A stretch of 64,000 nt of DNA from NCBI GenBank assembly GCA_963802945.1, contig CAWDKY010000032.1:64001-128000 (forward strand). Direction: 5' to 3'. The stretch is from an uncultured delta proteobacterium. GTDB lineage: Bacteria; Desulfobacterota; RBG-13-43-22. Shown here one piece after another: positions 11,586-22,765 of this stretch. The position numbers and the translations under genes are program-made. The notes under the pieces were generated by a model. The model had not been told where the DNA came from. It did no database searches and saw only the letters and a program-made list of their open reading frames with translations. Positions within the stretch are counted from its first letter, which is position 1, and each line of letters opens with the position of its first letter.

Positions 11586-11631
11586 ATCCAAACCAAGAAT
11601 ATTTTGAGAATTTATCTCTAACTTTTTCGAA

Positions 11632-11688
11632 TGGAATATTGGAATGGTGGTCTCAAAAATCCAATACTCCACCACTCCAATACTCCAG
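11632..11688. repeat. Inverted octamer-type repeat (TGGAGTAT/ATACTCCA family)
   Basis: tggaatattggaatggtgg ... ccaatactccaccactccaatactcca. Confidence 0.55.
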
Positions 11689-11750
11689 TTTATATCATTG
11701 TAATTAGTTCTGGATTTATAAGATATTTCAAATAACGTTGGTAAGATTTC

Positions 11751-12546
11751 ATGCTGCAAGTCAACAATATCGAAGTGGTCTATATGAATGTCATTCAGGT
11801 GCTGCGAGGCGTATCCCTGGAGGTGGGTGATGGAAAGATCGTTGCCCTGCTCGGGGCCAATGGCGCCGGCAAGACGACCACACTCAAGGCCATATCCGGA
11901 ATGCTGAAGACGGAAGAGGGAAAGGTAACCGATGGCAGCATTGATTTTGATGGAAAGAGGATTGACCAGTATGGTCCCGAGGCCATTGCCGCTTTGGGCA
12001 TCAGCCAGGCCATGGAAGGGCGAAGGGTTCTTGAGCACCTGAGTGTTGAGGAAAATTTACTGGTCGGCGCTTACTGCCGTAAAGACCGGGCCGGGGTCAA
12101 GAGGGACCTGGAAATGGTCTTTGACTACTTCCCCAGGATCAAAGACCTCCGCTACCGGATCAGCGGCTATCTGTCCGGTGGTGAACAGCAGATGCTGGTG
12201 ATCGGGCGGGCGCTCATGGCCCGTCCGAAGCTGATGCTTCTGGATGAACCTTCACTCGGTCTGGCCCCTTTGCTGGTGCAGGACATCTATGAAATCATCC
12301 AGAGAATCAGTGTCCGAGCAAAAAATGGCCATACTCCTTGTGGAGCAAAACGTCAGAGCTGCCCTGGGTATCGCTGATTATGGTTATGTGATGGAGAATG
12401 GCAGGGTGGTTCTAGGAGGTCCGGCTGAGAAGTTAAGAGATAATGAGGATGTTCGGGAATTTTATCTGGGATTATCGGCTGTCGGCTCCCGAAAGAGCTA
12501 TCGTGAAATCAAGCACTACCGGCGCAAGAAGAGGTGGTTGAGTTAG
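11751..12546 (+). CDS. ABC ATP-binding protein, LivF-like (frameshift ~12315)
   Basis: GANGAGKT, LSGGEQQML, LLVEQN in second frame. Confidence 0.88.
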
Positions 12547-12549
12547 AAA

Positions 12550-14513
12550 ATGAAGACAAAGGCCATGACAGACAGGGACGAAGGCAGAGATCTCATAAAG
12601 AAAAGGGCGATACCTGGCCCAAGATACTCAAGTATAACTTTGAAAAGTATGGCGATAATCGAAGAGCCATGCGCCATAAGCACTACGGCATCTGGCAGCC
12701 TTACTCCTGGAAGGACTACTATCTCAAGGTCAAATACCTGGCCCTTGGGTTGCTGTCCCTCGGCTTTGAACCCGGGGATAAGGTGCTTATTGTCGGGGAT
12801 AATGCCCCCGAGTGGTATTATGCCGAACTGGCTGCCCAGGCCAGTCATGGGGTTTCTGTGGGGGTGTGTCCGGATTTACTTCCTCGGGAGATAAAAATCA
12901 TTGCCGAAAATTCCGAAGCCAGATTTGCCATCGTTGAAGATCAGGAGCAGGTGGATAAGTTTCTCCAAATCAAAGCCGAGCTTCCCTTGCTCAAAAAGGT
13001 TATTTACTGGAGCTATAAGGGACTGGCCCACTATGATGACCCTATTTTGATGGGCTATAAACAGGTCCTGGAAAAAGGGGACAATATGAGGCGGAACACC
13101 TCGGGCTCTTTGAGCGCATAGTGGAAACCGGCAAGGCCGATGATATCTGCGCCATGGTTTACACTTCAGGGACCAGCGGAACCGCACCCAAGGGAGCTGT
13201 CCACACCTATAGGACGATGAGGGCGGGCGCCGATCATTATTTACATCTTGATCCCTGGTATGAAAACGACAATGTGGTCCCTTACCTGCCCCCGGCCTGG
13301 ATGACTGAGCAATGGGTTGGAATCGGTTGTCACCTGCTATCGGCTTGCATCCTGAACTTTGCTGAAGCGCCGGAGACCCAACAGCGGGATACCAGGGAAA
13401 CAGGACCAAGCATCGTATTCTACGATGCCCGGCTATGGGAGAGTCTGGCGGCCATGGTCCAGGCACGGATTCTTGGGGCTGATGCTATCCAAAAGCTGGC
13501 CTTCCGTCTGTTGATGCCGATCGGCTACAAGATGGCCGATCTGAGGTTTCAAAAGAAAAAACCGGACCTCTTCCAGAAAATACTCCACGGCTTGGCTGAT
13601 CTCGTCCTATTCAGACCTCTTAGAAACAGTCTTGGTCTGTCCAATGCCAGAATCTGTTATAGCACCGGGGCCGTGCTCAGTCCGGAGGCCTTCAGGTTCT
13701 ACCATGCCCTGAATCTTCCCCTCAAAAGCCTATACGGGACAACAGAGGGCGGAGCTCTCACCGGCGCCAGGGATGAGGACATCTGTACTGAGACTGTTGG
13801 GCCTGTCCCCAAGGGGACGGAGGTAAAAATAACCGATAATGGGGAACTGATTTATCGTCAGCCCGGCATTTTTGTCGGATATTATAAGGACCCGGAGAAG
13901 ACTGCCGAAGTGCTAAAAGACGGGTGGTTTTATAGTGGAGACAGCGGTTTCATCCGGGAGGATGGACACATTGTATTTTTGGACAGGGTCAGAGGACTTA
14001 ATTGAGCTGGAAAGTGGCGAAAAACTGGCCCCCCAATGGATTGAGAGCCGGCTGAAATTCAGTCCTTATATCAAGGAAGCCTGGGTTCTGGCCGGACCGG
14101 ACCAGGCCTACGCCTCGGCAATATTAATCATTAACTATGATACATGTCAGAAGGTGGGCCGGACAAAAGAGGGTGGCTTATACTACCTTCGCCGAGCTTT
14201 CCCAGAAGGCCGGAGGTTTACGAGTTGGTGAAGCAGGATATCGACAGAATAAACAGCACGCTTGCCCCCGGGTTGCAGGGTGAAGAAATATGTCAACCTG
14301 CACAAGGAATTCGATCCGGATGAGGGCGAGGTAACCAGGAACAGAAAGCTGAGGAGGACCTTTTTGGAAGAGCGTTATCGCGAGCTTATCGATGCGATCT
14401 ATGGGGATAAGACCGAGGTGTCGATAGAAGCCCGGGTCAGGTATCAGGATGGGCGGACGGGAACCATAAAGACGACTCTTAGCATCAAGTCTGTTGAAGG
14501 AGCCTTCGTATGA
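12550..14513 (+). CDS. AMP-dependent long-chain acyl-CoA synthetase embedded in the ABC operon (several frameshifts)
   Basis: YTSGTSGTAPKG, GWFYSGD, GEVTRNRKLRR across consecutive ORF fragments. Confidence 0.8.
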
Positions 14514-15397
14514 CCTTCTTCCTTCAATTGGTGGTAACCGGTTTTGCCCTGGGCATGGTCTATGCCCTTGTCGCCATAGGCTTTGTTATTATTCTAAAAT
14601 GCTCCAATGCCTTTAACATTGCCCAGGGACACTTTGTAATGATTGGTGGTTACCTGGGCTATACCTTCCTGGTGCCCTTCGGCCTGCCGATATGGGCCAC
14701 CCTGATTCTGGCAATAGTAGTGGCCATCATCATGGGTTTGTTAATAGAACGCCTTACCCTGCGCCCTTTGATGGGTCAATCAGAACTGGCTGTCATCATG
14801 ATGACTATTGCCTTGGCCACTGTATTGGAAGGGCTGGCAACCCTGATCTGGGGCGGCGAATATAAGACCTACCATGGAGTACTGCCGACGCTGACCCTGA
14901 AACTGGGTCAGATATCCATACCCCCGGAGTCGCTAATCGGACTCATCGTCTCTGTTGTTTGCGTAACGTTGCTCATGCTTCTCTTCCGCTATACCAAAAT
15001 CGGACTGGCCATGAGGGCCACTGCCGAGGATTTGCAGGTGGTGCAGAGTGTGGGTATCAAGGCAACCACGGTCTATGCCGTCTCCTGGGTCATTGCCTGT
15101 GTCGTCGGTGTGATCGGCGGCATTCTTTTGGGCGGCGTGTCCGGCGTTATGATACCCCTCGCCGAGATCGGTTTGAAAGCATTCGCCGTGGTGCTGCTGG
15201 GAGGGGTGAACTCAATTGGCGGGGCCATTGTAGCCGGGATCATACTGGGTATGCTGGAAAATGTGGCTGCCGGGTACCTGGACCCATTACTGCCCGGCGG
15301 CGGGCTGGCCCAAATATTTCCGTTTATGGTCATGATCATTGTGCTCATCTTTAGGCCCTATGGTCTATTTGGTCTGGTCAGGATAGAAAGGATTTAA
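14510..15397 (+). CDS. ABC permease, LivH-like
   Basis: Hydrophobic; YALVAIG, GLAMRATAED, RPYGLFG. Confidence 0.92.
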   Translation: MTFFLQLVVTGFALGMVYALVAIGFVIILKCSNAFNIAQGHFVMIGGYLGYTFLVPFGLPIWATLILAIVVAIIMGLLIERLTLRPLMGQSELAVIMMTIALATVLEGLATLIWGGEYKTYHGVLPTLTLKLGQISIPPESLIGLIVSVVCVTLLMLLFRYTKIGLAMRATAEDLQVVQSVGIKATTVYAVSWVIACVVGVIGGILLGGVSGVMIPLAEIGLKAFAVVLLGGVNSIGGAIVAGIILGMLENVAAGYLDPLLPGGGLAQIFPFMVMIIVLIFRPYGLFGLVRIERI

Positions 15398-15400
15398 TCA

Positions 15401-16459
15401 ATGGGTTTACGCTCCGGAACCTTTCAAGAAACCTACGCGCAGGATATGGCTGTCTTCCGCACCAAGGCTGCAATGGGGAATGCTCCTGGTCTTTCCTCAT
15501 CTTTCTTTTCACCTGCCCATTGTTATTTCAGTGACAGGATACTGACCATCATGACCATGATCGGTATTGCCATTATCAGTGTTCACGGGCTCAATATTCT
15601 GACCGGATACTGCGGCCAAATCTCCATGGGCCATGTGGGTTTTATGGCAGTCGGCGCCTATGTCTCGGCGATCTTAACCGCCAAGCTCGGCTGGTCATTC
15701 TGGGCGGCCTTGCCCTGTGCCGCCCTGGCCGCGGGAATGGCAGGTTTGATCTTCGGTCTGCCGTCCTTAAAGATCAAGGGTTCTACCTCATTATGGCCAC
15801 CATCGCCGCCCATTTTATTATTATCTGGCTGATCCTCCAGCTCCGAAGTATCACCGGCGGAGCTGACGGCATGGCTGTGCCCAAACCCCGGATAGGCAGT
15901 ATCGTGTTGACGTCCAAAGCCAGCTACTTCTACCTGGTTATGATAATGGCCTGCCTGGCCACGTTCTTGGCTGTAAACATGGTCAGGACCAGGGCAGGCA
16001 GGGCCTTCGTCGCCATCAGAGATAACGACCTGGCGGCTGAGGTCATGGGGATCAATCTGTGGAGTTATAAGCTGCAGGCATTCTTTATCGGCTGTGTTTA
16101 TGCCGGAGTGGCCGGGGCCTTGCTGGTTCACTACTATGGATTCGCCAGTGTCGACCAGTTTCCCTTCATGGATTCCGTCTGGTATATGGGCATGCTGATT
16201 GTCGGCGGAATGGGCAGCATCCCGGGGGCTATTCTCGGCGCCGTATCTCTCAAGCTGCTGGATGAGCTGGTCACCATTGTCGGCCCCATCTTATCGGCAG
16301 CCGTTGCTGCCCAGGCAGCCGCTTCATTGGCCCTCATCACCCGGGGATTAGTCATTATTCTCTTTCTTATTTTTGAACCCAGGGGACTCGCACACCGGTG
16401 GGAGACTTATCAAGGCCTATTTCAGATTGTGGCCTTTCTCACATGAAGAAACAGAGTGA
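15401..16459 (+). CDS. ABC permease, LivM-like (frameshifted)
   Basis: GYCGQISMGH, GRAFVAIRDND, FEPRGL over fragments. Confidence 0.85.
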
Positions 16460-16531
16460 AGGGGGTGATTGATCCGACAAAATACTAAACTTGTTGTTTA
16501 AACCATCAAACCATGTTGAGAGGAGGAGACA

Positions 16532-17791
16532 ATGGCTAAAATTAAATTTGGTTCAATGTGGGTCGCATTCGTAATGTTGTTTATGGTAGGTGGATTGCTG
16601 TTTTCCCCGAAGGCCAACGCTGCCGGAAAAACCGTGTATATCGGCGGCACCATGTCGCTGACCGGACCCTACGCTGAGGATTCGGCGGCAATCCTGGCTG
16701 CCTTTGAGGACTATGTTAAGTATGTAAACGAGACCAAACGTTTGGCCCCCTGGCGCAAAGAGAAATGGCCCGCCGATATAAACCTGGAACTGCTCTGGCG
16801 CGATGACGAGCTCAAACCGGCCAAGGCCCTCTCCATCTACGAGGAGCTCAAGGCCAAAGGGATGCTGGTCTACAGGATATCGGGATCGCCCATCGCCCTG
16901 GCCCTCAAGGACAGGCTGAATCAGGACCACATGGGGGCCACGAGTATGGCCTCCGGACCCTACCTCCTGAAACCACCGCAAACCGTTTTTACCTATTATC
17001 CCATTTATACCGATTCCCTGGCGGCAATCGCCGATTGGTTTAAGGCCCAATGGAAGGGGCCGGGGAAACCAAGGGTGGCTTACCTGACCGCTGATAATGC
17101 CATGGGCAAGTCGATTGAAATACCTGAGATGAAAGCCTATCTTGAGAAGGCGGGATTTGAATTTGTCGGTATCCAGTATGTGCCCCTGGTCCCCACCTCC
17201 CCGCCTACGACCCAATTAATGTGGCTGAAACAAAACAAGGTTGACCTGGCCCTGGGTGTGATGGTCAACCCCGGCTCACAACCGACCATCAAAGAAGCGG
17301 TAAGACTGGGCATGGGCCCCCATCTGGATTACAAAATCGTTTTCGGTCAAGCCTTACCCAGCCACGCCGCCGTGTTCGCTCCGGCCATGGGTGTGCTGGG
17401 TGACGGTTTTATCTGTGCCGGGAGTTTTCCTCCATTGGATGATCTAGCCACTCCGGGGATAAAATTCTGTGACGACCTGCAGAAGAAATATCACCCAACC
17501 AAAAGGGCCACCCATGTCATGTACGTGGGCGGTATGCTCGAGGCCATGGTCCAGGTTGAAGCCTTAAGGCTGGCCTTGCAAAAGACGCCCCTTGAAAAGC
17601 TGAAACCGGAAGATGTGCTTCAAAACGGGTTCTACAAAATTAAAAATCTTTCTACCGGGAACTTGAGTGCCACCCCAATGAGCTATGGTCCGGGGAATGT
17701 CGAAGGAGTTAGTGCAGTACGTATAGACCAGGTCCAGAAGGGAAAAGTGGTCAACCTGGGCACAACATGGCCGATTCGGCATATTTATTAA
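16532..17791 (+). CDS. ABC substrate-binding protein (LivJ/K superfamily)
   Basis: Signal peptide, SLTGPYA motif, last gene of operon. Confidence 0.88.
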   Translation: MAKIKFGSMWVAFVMLFMVGGLLFSPKANAAGKTVYIGGTMSLTGPYAEDSAAILAAFEDYVKYVNETKRLAPWRKEKWPADINLELLWRDDELKPAKALSIYEELKAKGMLVYRISGSPIALALKDRLNQDHMGATSMASGPYLLKPPQTVFTYYPIYTDSLAAIADWFKAQWKGPGKPRVAYLTADNAMGKSIEIPEMKAYLEKAGFEFVGIQYVPLVPTSPPTTQLMWLKQNKVDLALGVMVNPGSQPTIKEAVRLGMGPHLDYKIVFGQALPSHAAVFAPAMGVLGDGFICAGSFPPLDDLATPGIKFCDDLQKKYHPTKRATHVMYVGGMLEAMVQVEALRLALQKTPLEKLKPEDVLQNGFYKIKNLSTGNLSATPMSYGPGNVEGVSAVRIDQVQKGKVVNLGTTWPIRHIY

Positions 17792-17808
17792 CCCTAATCA
17801 CGATCATT

Positions 17809-17838
17809 CCGGGGGCTCTGCGTCAAGGGCCCCTGGTT
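17809..17838 (+). terminator. Possible terminator hairpin after the ABC operon
   Basis: ccgggggctc...gggcccctgg stem. Confidence 0.4.
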
Positions 17839-18046
17839 ACCTCAGTCGTAAACCTTTTTTATTAGCTACGAACCCACACAGACTCACGGGACAAGTCAAG
17901 GGCGATGAACTACTTTCTCGCCCTTGACGAGGTCGGCCCTACAACTATTCTAAAGAGACCATTCCGAAGGTTAACGATTACCATTTAAAATCTGCATAAA
18001 AAAAAGGGGGGGGCCGCATTTGCCCATCACTTTATTTGAAATGACT

Positions 18047-18071
18047 AAGAGTCAAGGGTAGACTTGACCCC
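18047..18071 (+). repeat. Orphan copy of the RAYT right-end repeat
   Basis: aagagtcaagggtagacttgacccc vs aagagtcaaaagcagacttgactcc at 47162-47186. Confidence 0.6.
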
Positions 18072-18171
18072 TTTTTTAACCATCTAGTCCATTCCAGCGA
18101 TGGTGGTGTCCGACACGAGGCCTGTCTGGAACTGCTTTTTAGACGAGTCTAAAGCGGACTGCCGGGCCGCC

Positions 18172-18430
18172 TCATTTCTTTTGATTCGCTACGATATATT
18201 CAGCCATGGTTCTTATAGAGGTGAATATCTTCCGCCCTTCTCTTAGGTTTTCGATCTTAATACCGTAATTGTTTTCCATAAGAATGGCAAGCTCCATCGC
18301 ATCAATAGAATCAAGACCCAACCCGTTTCCGAAAAGAGGTGCTTCCGTTTCAATTTCTTCCGGTGTAAGGTCTAACAGGTTCAGCAGCGGTTATGATCTC
18401 TTCCTTCAGTTTGAGAATCAATTCCTCCAT
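18172..18430 (-). CDS. Acyl carrier protein (missing from the ORF track; one extra base near 18388)
   Basis: Manual translation MEELILKLKEEIITA/LNLLDLTPEEIETEAPLFGNGLGLDSIDAMELAILMENNYGIKI...NQKK*; GLDSID phosphopantetheine site. Confidence 0.85.
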
Positions 18431-18591
18431 GATTTTCATTTTCCTTTAAATAGTTTTTCCAAATTAAAAAGTAAATTTTAACACATTCTTTAAATTTTTT
18501 AAATCTTTTTATCCTGTCTTCCTGCTCAACCACGAAGGGAGAAAGGAGGCTATTCTACAGGAGCGAAGAGAAAAGAAATGGTTGAATGAAT

Positions 18592-18790
18592 GATAAGAAC
18601 TTGCTTTTTATGGGAGGAAGTATAAGTTGAAAAAAAAGTCGAAGTCAAGGAGAAAATCAGGTCAAAATTTGATAAGAAGTTGCTTTTTGATGGGTAAAGT
18701 ATAAGACAAAGAAAAGTTTAGATCAAGAAGAAAAATAGGGCGGAAGGTAAGATGACAAAGGGGGACGTTTGAAGAAAAAAGGGACTTTGC
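18592..18790 (-). promoter_or_regulatory. Two tandem copies of promoter repeat A
   Basis: gataagaa(c/g)ttgctttt..tggg..agtata..tcaag twice; second copy matches 3075-3187. Confidence 0.6.
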
Positions 18791-18837
18791 CAGTTGGGAT
18801 TATACCAAGAGTGAGAAATAAGGGGGAAAGAAGGCCT

Positions 18838-19948
18838 GGCAGATTCTACTTGCAAGTGCGCCACATTAGATAACCGCAGGACATGATGGGATTTTCTGGT
18901 AGTGTGTGAAGCACGACCAACACGCACCCCAGAAAGGGACCCATCATGCCCTATACCCATCTTACAGAAAAAGATCGATATGTCATCAGCCATTTGAAGG
19001 TGGCCGGTTTTTCGCTACGGGAGATTGGACGTCGTCTCGGGCGAGACCATGCCACCATTAGTCGGGAGATCAAACGTAACGGCCCAACCTATCCTGAAGG
19101 AATATACTGGTACGATTTCACACAACCCCGGGCCATTGAGCGGCGTCATAAAGCCCGGCATTATCGCCGGCATGATCACCGTACGCTGGTTGAATATGTT
19201 GAAGCTAAAATCCGTATCGAATGGCCTCCGGAAGTTATTGCTGCTCACCTAAAGCTTGATCACCCAAACGATAAAACCATGCGTATCTGCCAGGAAACTA
19301 TTTATCGGTGGATATTTCAAGATGCTCAACAAGGTGGCGATCTCTACTGCTATCAGAGACGCCGTCACAAAAAACGCCGCAAACAAAGACGCTATGGCTC
19401 GGGAAGACGTTTTATCCCTGGGCGTGTTTCCATTGATCAACGTCCATCCCTGGTTGATTTACGCCAACGGTTTGGGGACTGGGAAGGGGACACGCTGGAA
19501 GGTGGAAAAGGAAAAGGGGGCCTGGCCACTCATGTCGAGCGTAAAGGCCGTTATCTATTGGCAGCCAAGCTCTCGGACAAGACCTCCAACACCATGACTC
19601 AGCAAAGCATTAAATCCTTTCGGAAAGCTCCCCGGACCCTACGCCATACCCTCACCGTTGATAATGGTAAAGAATTTTCTAATTTCAAAGAGCTCGAAAA
19701 TAAAACCGGGTTAAAAGTCTATTTCGCAGACCCCTATGCAGCTTGGCAGCGGGGAATCAATGAAAATACAAATGGTCTGTTAAGACAATATTTCCCAAAA
19801 GGAACTGATTTCCAAAAGATATCGGAAAAAGAGATTGCTTTTGTCGTTAAAAAACTAAATAATCGCCCCAGAAAATGTCTCCACTACCAGACCCCTCATG
19901 CGGTCTTCTGTCAGGCTCTTAGTGGTGCACTTTGAAGTAGAATCTGCC
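18838..19948 (+). mobile_element. IS30-family insertion sequence
   Basis: Terminal IRs GGCAGATTCTACTTGCAAGTGCGCCAC / GTGGTGCACTTTGAAGTAGAATCTGCC around the transposase. Confidence 0.92.
18946..19935 (+). CDS. IS30-family transposase
   Basis: [35 protein letters not shown]. Confidence 0.95.
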   Translation: MPYTHLTEKDRYVISHLKVAGFSLREIGRRLGRDHATISREIKRNGPTYPEGIYWYDFTQPRAIERRHKARHYRRHDHRTLVEYVEAKIRIEWPPEVIAAHLKLDHPNDKTMRICQETIYRWIFQDAQQGGDLYCYQRRRHKKRRKQRRYGSGRRFIPGRVSIDQRPSLVDLRQRFGDWEGDTLEGGKGKGGLATHVERKGRYLLAAKLSDKTSNTMTQQSIKSFRKAPRTLRHTLTVDNGKEFSNFKELENKTGLKVYFADPYAAWQRGINENTNGLLRQYFPKGTDFQKISEKEIAFVVKKLNNRPRKCLHYQTPHAVFCQALSGAL

Positions 19949-20045
19949 GTTTCACCTAAGGGGAACAACCCGAAGTATAAAAATCACCCTGCACCTTTTG
20001 AAAAAGGGAGGACCAGGGGAAATTTTAATAAGGTGTAGGACATTC

Positions 20046-20953
20046 ATGGATCAAATTTTAAAAGGACTTTATCGCTTGGGAGTACGTGAGTTTCCTTCTT
20101 ATCTCGTAGTGGGGAGCAGTCTAATTATTCAGGTTGATGCTGGAACCACATTTACGGGGCCGCAGGTCCTCCAAGATATTCAAGAAGCGCTGGGGAAAGG
20201 AAGGGGACCGGACTTTCTTTTCCACACCCATTCCCACTTCGACCATGTAGGCAGCACCCCTTTTCTCAAGCGGCACTTTCCGGAGATAAAAATAGGCGGC
20301 AGTGAAACGTTCGCCAGGCGGCTCTCTCAGCCCAAGGCCGGGAAAGCCATAGCTGATCTCAACCGTGCGCTTGTTCAGAAAAATAATATGGACCAGGGCT
20401 TTATTCCCGGGGATTTTGACTACAGCCTCTTGACGGTTGAGCGGATTCTTAAAAACGGGGATTTGGTCGATCTGGGTGGAGGGGCATCGCTTGAGGTCCT
20501 CGCCACTCCCGGCCACACCAACGACAGCCTGAGCTTCTTTCTCCCCCATCTGGAGGTCATGCTGCCGGGCGATGCGCTCGGGATCCTTCCGGGAGATGAT
20601 GTTTGGGTGGCGCCCCAGTTTCTATCTAGCTACGAGGATTATCTCGACTCCATCGATCGGGTTAGAAAAAAAGCGCCGAAAACCCTTCTCTTGGGCCATC
20701 ACTCCGTGGTACGCCAAGCGGAATCGACCGATTTTTTAAGGCCGCTGTTTCCGACTGCCAGGCCTTCCGGGAGATGATCGAACAGTATCTGAACGAATTC
20801 CAGATGAAGGAAGAAATGGTCGTCCAGCGTATCCAGGCCGCCGAGTATCAGACGCTCCGCAAAAGCAAACAGCCCGAGGCGGCTTTTCTTTTAAACCTTG
20901 CCGCCCAGGTCCGCTTGATCGCGAGAGATATGAAAGGGGATCGGATGGGATAA
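20046..20953 (+). CDS. Metallo-beta-lactamase fold hydrolase (frameshift ~20735)
   Basis: THSHFDHVG, TPGHT, GDA, LGH motifs. Confidence 0.85.
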
Positions 20954-21005
20954 TATTATTTTCAGGCAAAATGCCTGACCTATTTAATTTTGAGCTTTGA
21001 GTTTC

Positions 21006-21028
21006 GTTCCCACCCATAGCGTGGGAAC
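21006..21028. repeat. REP-like palindrome between convergent genes
   Basis: GTTCCCAC-ccatagc-GTGGGAAC. Confidence 0.55.
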
Positions 21029-21076
21029 AATAAATAGGTTTGTGGTTTACTTCAGCTTTCAGTTTTCAGCTATTTT

Positions 21077-22597
21077 TTATTTTCCGAGCTTATCCTTAAG
21101 CTCCCTTTTCAGTATTTTACCGGCACTATTGCGGGGGAATTCTTTTACAAAAACGACCTTTTTGGGAATCTTAAAGTAGGCAATTTTTTCTTGGAGGACT
21201 TCGAGCAGTACTTCTTCGGTCATCGTAGCGCCCTTGTTCAGCAAAACAAAGGCCGCCACCACTTCGCCCCGCTTGGAATCGGGCATCCCGACCGCTGCGG
21301 CCTCCGACACTTGAGGAATCGATTCGATGGCGCGCTCCACTTCGGCGGCATAGATATTCTCTCCCGAACTGATAATCATATCGATCTTTCGGCCGACAAT
21401 ATAAAGAAACCCCTCACGATCCTGTTTCCCTAGATCGCCAGTGTAAAACCATCCATCGCGGAAAGACGCCTGCGTCTCTTGCTCCTTATTCCAGTATCTT
21501 AAAAAAACGGTGGGGCCCTTTACCACAACCTCACCAACTTCGCCCGGCGGCACATCCTGGCCGCTTTCATCCACGATTCGCAAGTGGGTGTGGAATACCT
21601 CTTTGCCGACCGACCCGGCTTTGCGGATAGTGTCTTCGAGATCCAGGGAGGTCAGTCGCAAAGTTTCGGTCATGGCATACCCCTGCGTGAACCGGACTCC
21701 CTTTTCCTCCTGATACTTGCGGATCAGGTCAACGGACATGGAAGCCCCGCCGGCAATGAAGAAATAGACGTGGGAAAAATCAGCTCTTTCCCAGGCGTCG
21801 GTTTTGGCCATCATTTCAAACATCACCGGTACCGCAAACATGTAGTTGATTTTTTCAGCGCAGATAAGCTCAACAACTTCCGAAGGGTTGTCGAAACTTT
21901 TAAGAACCAGCGAGCCTCCGGCATAAATAGCCGGCGTGGCCGAGGCGGCCAGGGCCCCGATGTGGAAAAGGGGAGCTACTACAAGGGATTTGCAGTTGGA
22001 GCTGATGCCGTAGCCGATCAGGGAATGGATGGCCCCAAAAAGAAAGTTTTCATGCGAAAGCACGGCCCCTTTGGGATCGCCGGTCGTCCCGGATGTATAC
22101 ATGATGACTAAGGGATCTTTCAGGGTCAATTCCTCCGCGGGAATCGGTTCTTCTTCCGGAAATGAGGCTGTAAAATTCGCAAGAGAAGCATCGCTGGAAA
22201 ATCGGTCGCCGCCATGCTGGAGATAATGCTCAACCGCTGGGGATGCAGCTTTAAGCCCCTCGGCCTTGTCTACAAGTTCAGCAGAATAGATCAGGGCCCG
22301 GGGAGCGGCATCTTTAATGATATAACCCATTTCCGGCAGCGCCAGTTTTAAATTAATGGGGACGATCATCGCACCGGTTTTGGCGCAGGCAAAAAAGACT
22401 TCCAGAAATTCGCTGGAGTTGACCATCAGGGTTGCCACCCGTTCACCCTTTTTGACGTCGAGCGCTGCCAGCGCATGGGCGGTTTGGTTCACCCGCGCAT
22501 TGAACTGGCGGTTGGTGAATGCCCGGTCTTCCTGTTTTAGAAAAGGCCGCTGCGGATAAGTCAGCGCGCGCTTGTAAATCCACTCCCCAATGTTCAT
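21077..22597 (-). CDS. Acyl-CoA/acyl-ACP ligase (AMP-binding)
   Basis: YTSGTTGDPKG, GYAMTE, YTGDLG, RNSAGKILKR. Confidence 0.92.
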   Translation of the reverse strand: MNIGEWIYKRALTYPQRPFLKQEDRAFTNRQFNARVNQTAHALAALDVKKGERVATLMVNSSEFLEVFFACAKTGAMIVPINLKLALPEMGYIIKDAAPRALIYSAELVDKAEGLKAASPAVEHYLQHGGDRFSSDASLANFTASFPEEEPIPAEELTLKDPLVIMYTSGTTGDPKGAVLSHENFLFGAIHSLIGYGISSNCKSLVVAPLFHIGALAASATPAIYAGGSLVLKSFDNPSEVVELICAEKINYMFAVPVMFEMMAKTDAWERADFSHVYFFIAGGASMSVDLIRKYQEEKGVRFTQGYAMTETLRLTSLDLEDTIRKAGSVGKEVFHTHLRIVDESGQDVPPGEVGEVVVKGPTVFLRYWNKEQETQASFRDGWFYTGDLGKQDREGFLYIVGRKIDMIISSGENIYAAEVERAIESIPQVSEAAAVGMPDSKRGEVVAAFVLLNKGATMTEEVLLEVLQEKIAYFKIPKKVVFVKEFPRNSAGKILKRELKDKLGK

Positions 22598-22610
22598 CGA
22601 GATTACTCCT

Positions 22611-22741
22611 TAACAGGTTGCTGAAAAAGGCCCATCTACTGTGTTGCCCTCATCCCTCGTCATTGCGGCGTACCTCTGTGTACGCCTCACAGTCTCGGAA
22701 TTTCGGCGCCTTGTATCTGGACCTTTTCGAGCAACCTTTAA
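22611..22741. mobile_element. MITE-like element
   Basis: TIRs AGGTTGCTGAAAAAGG / CCTTTTCGAGCAACCT; interior shared with 40922-41110 and 60062-60255. Confidence 0.7.
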
Positions 22742-22765
22742 AATAAATTGGTAATACGCAAATTG

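Noticed and set aside
11127-12038. Long antisense ORFs (also 36631-37431, 23658-24368 and others)
   Set aside because: They are shadows of well-supported genes on the opposite strand and lack recognisable motifs.
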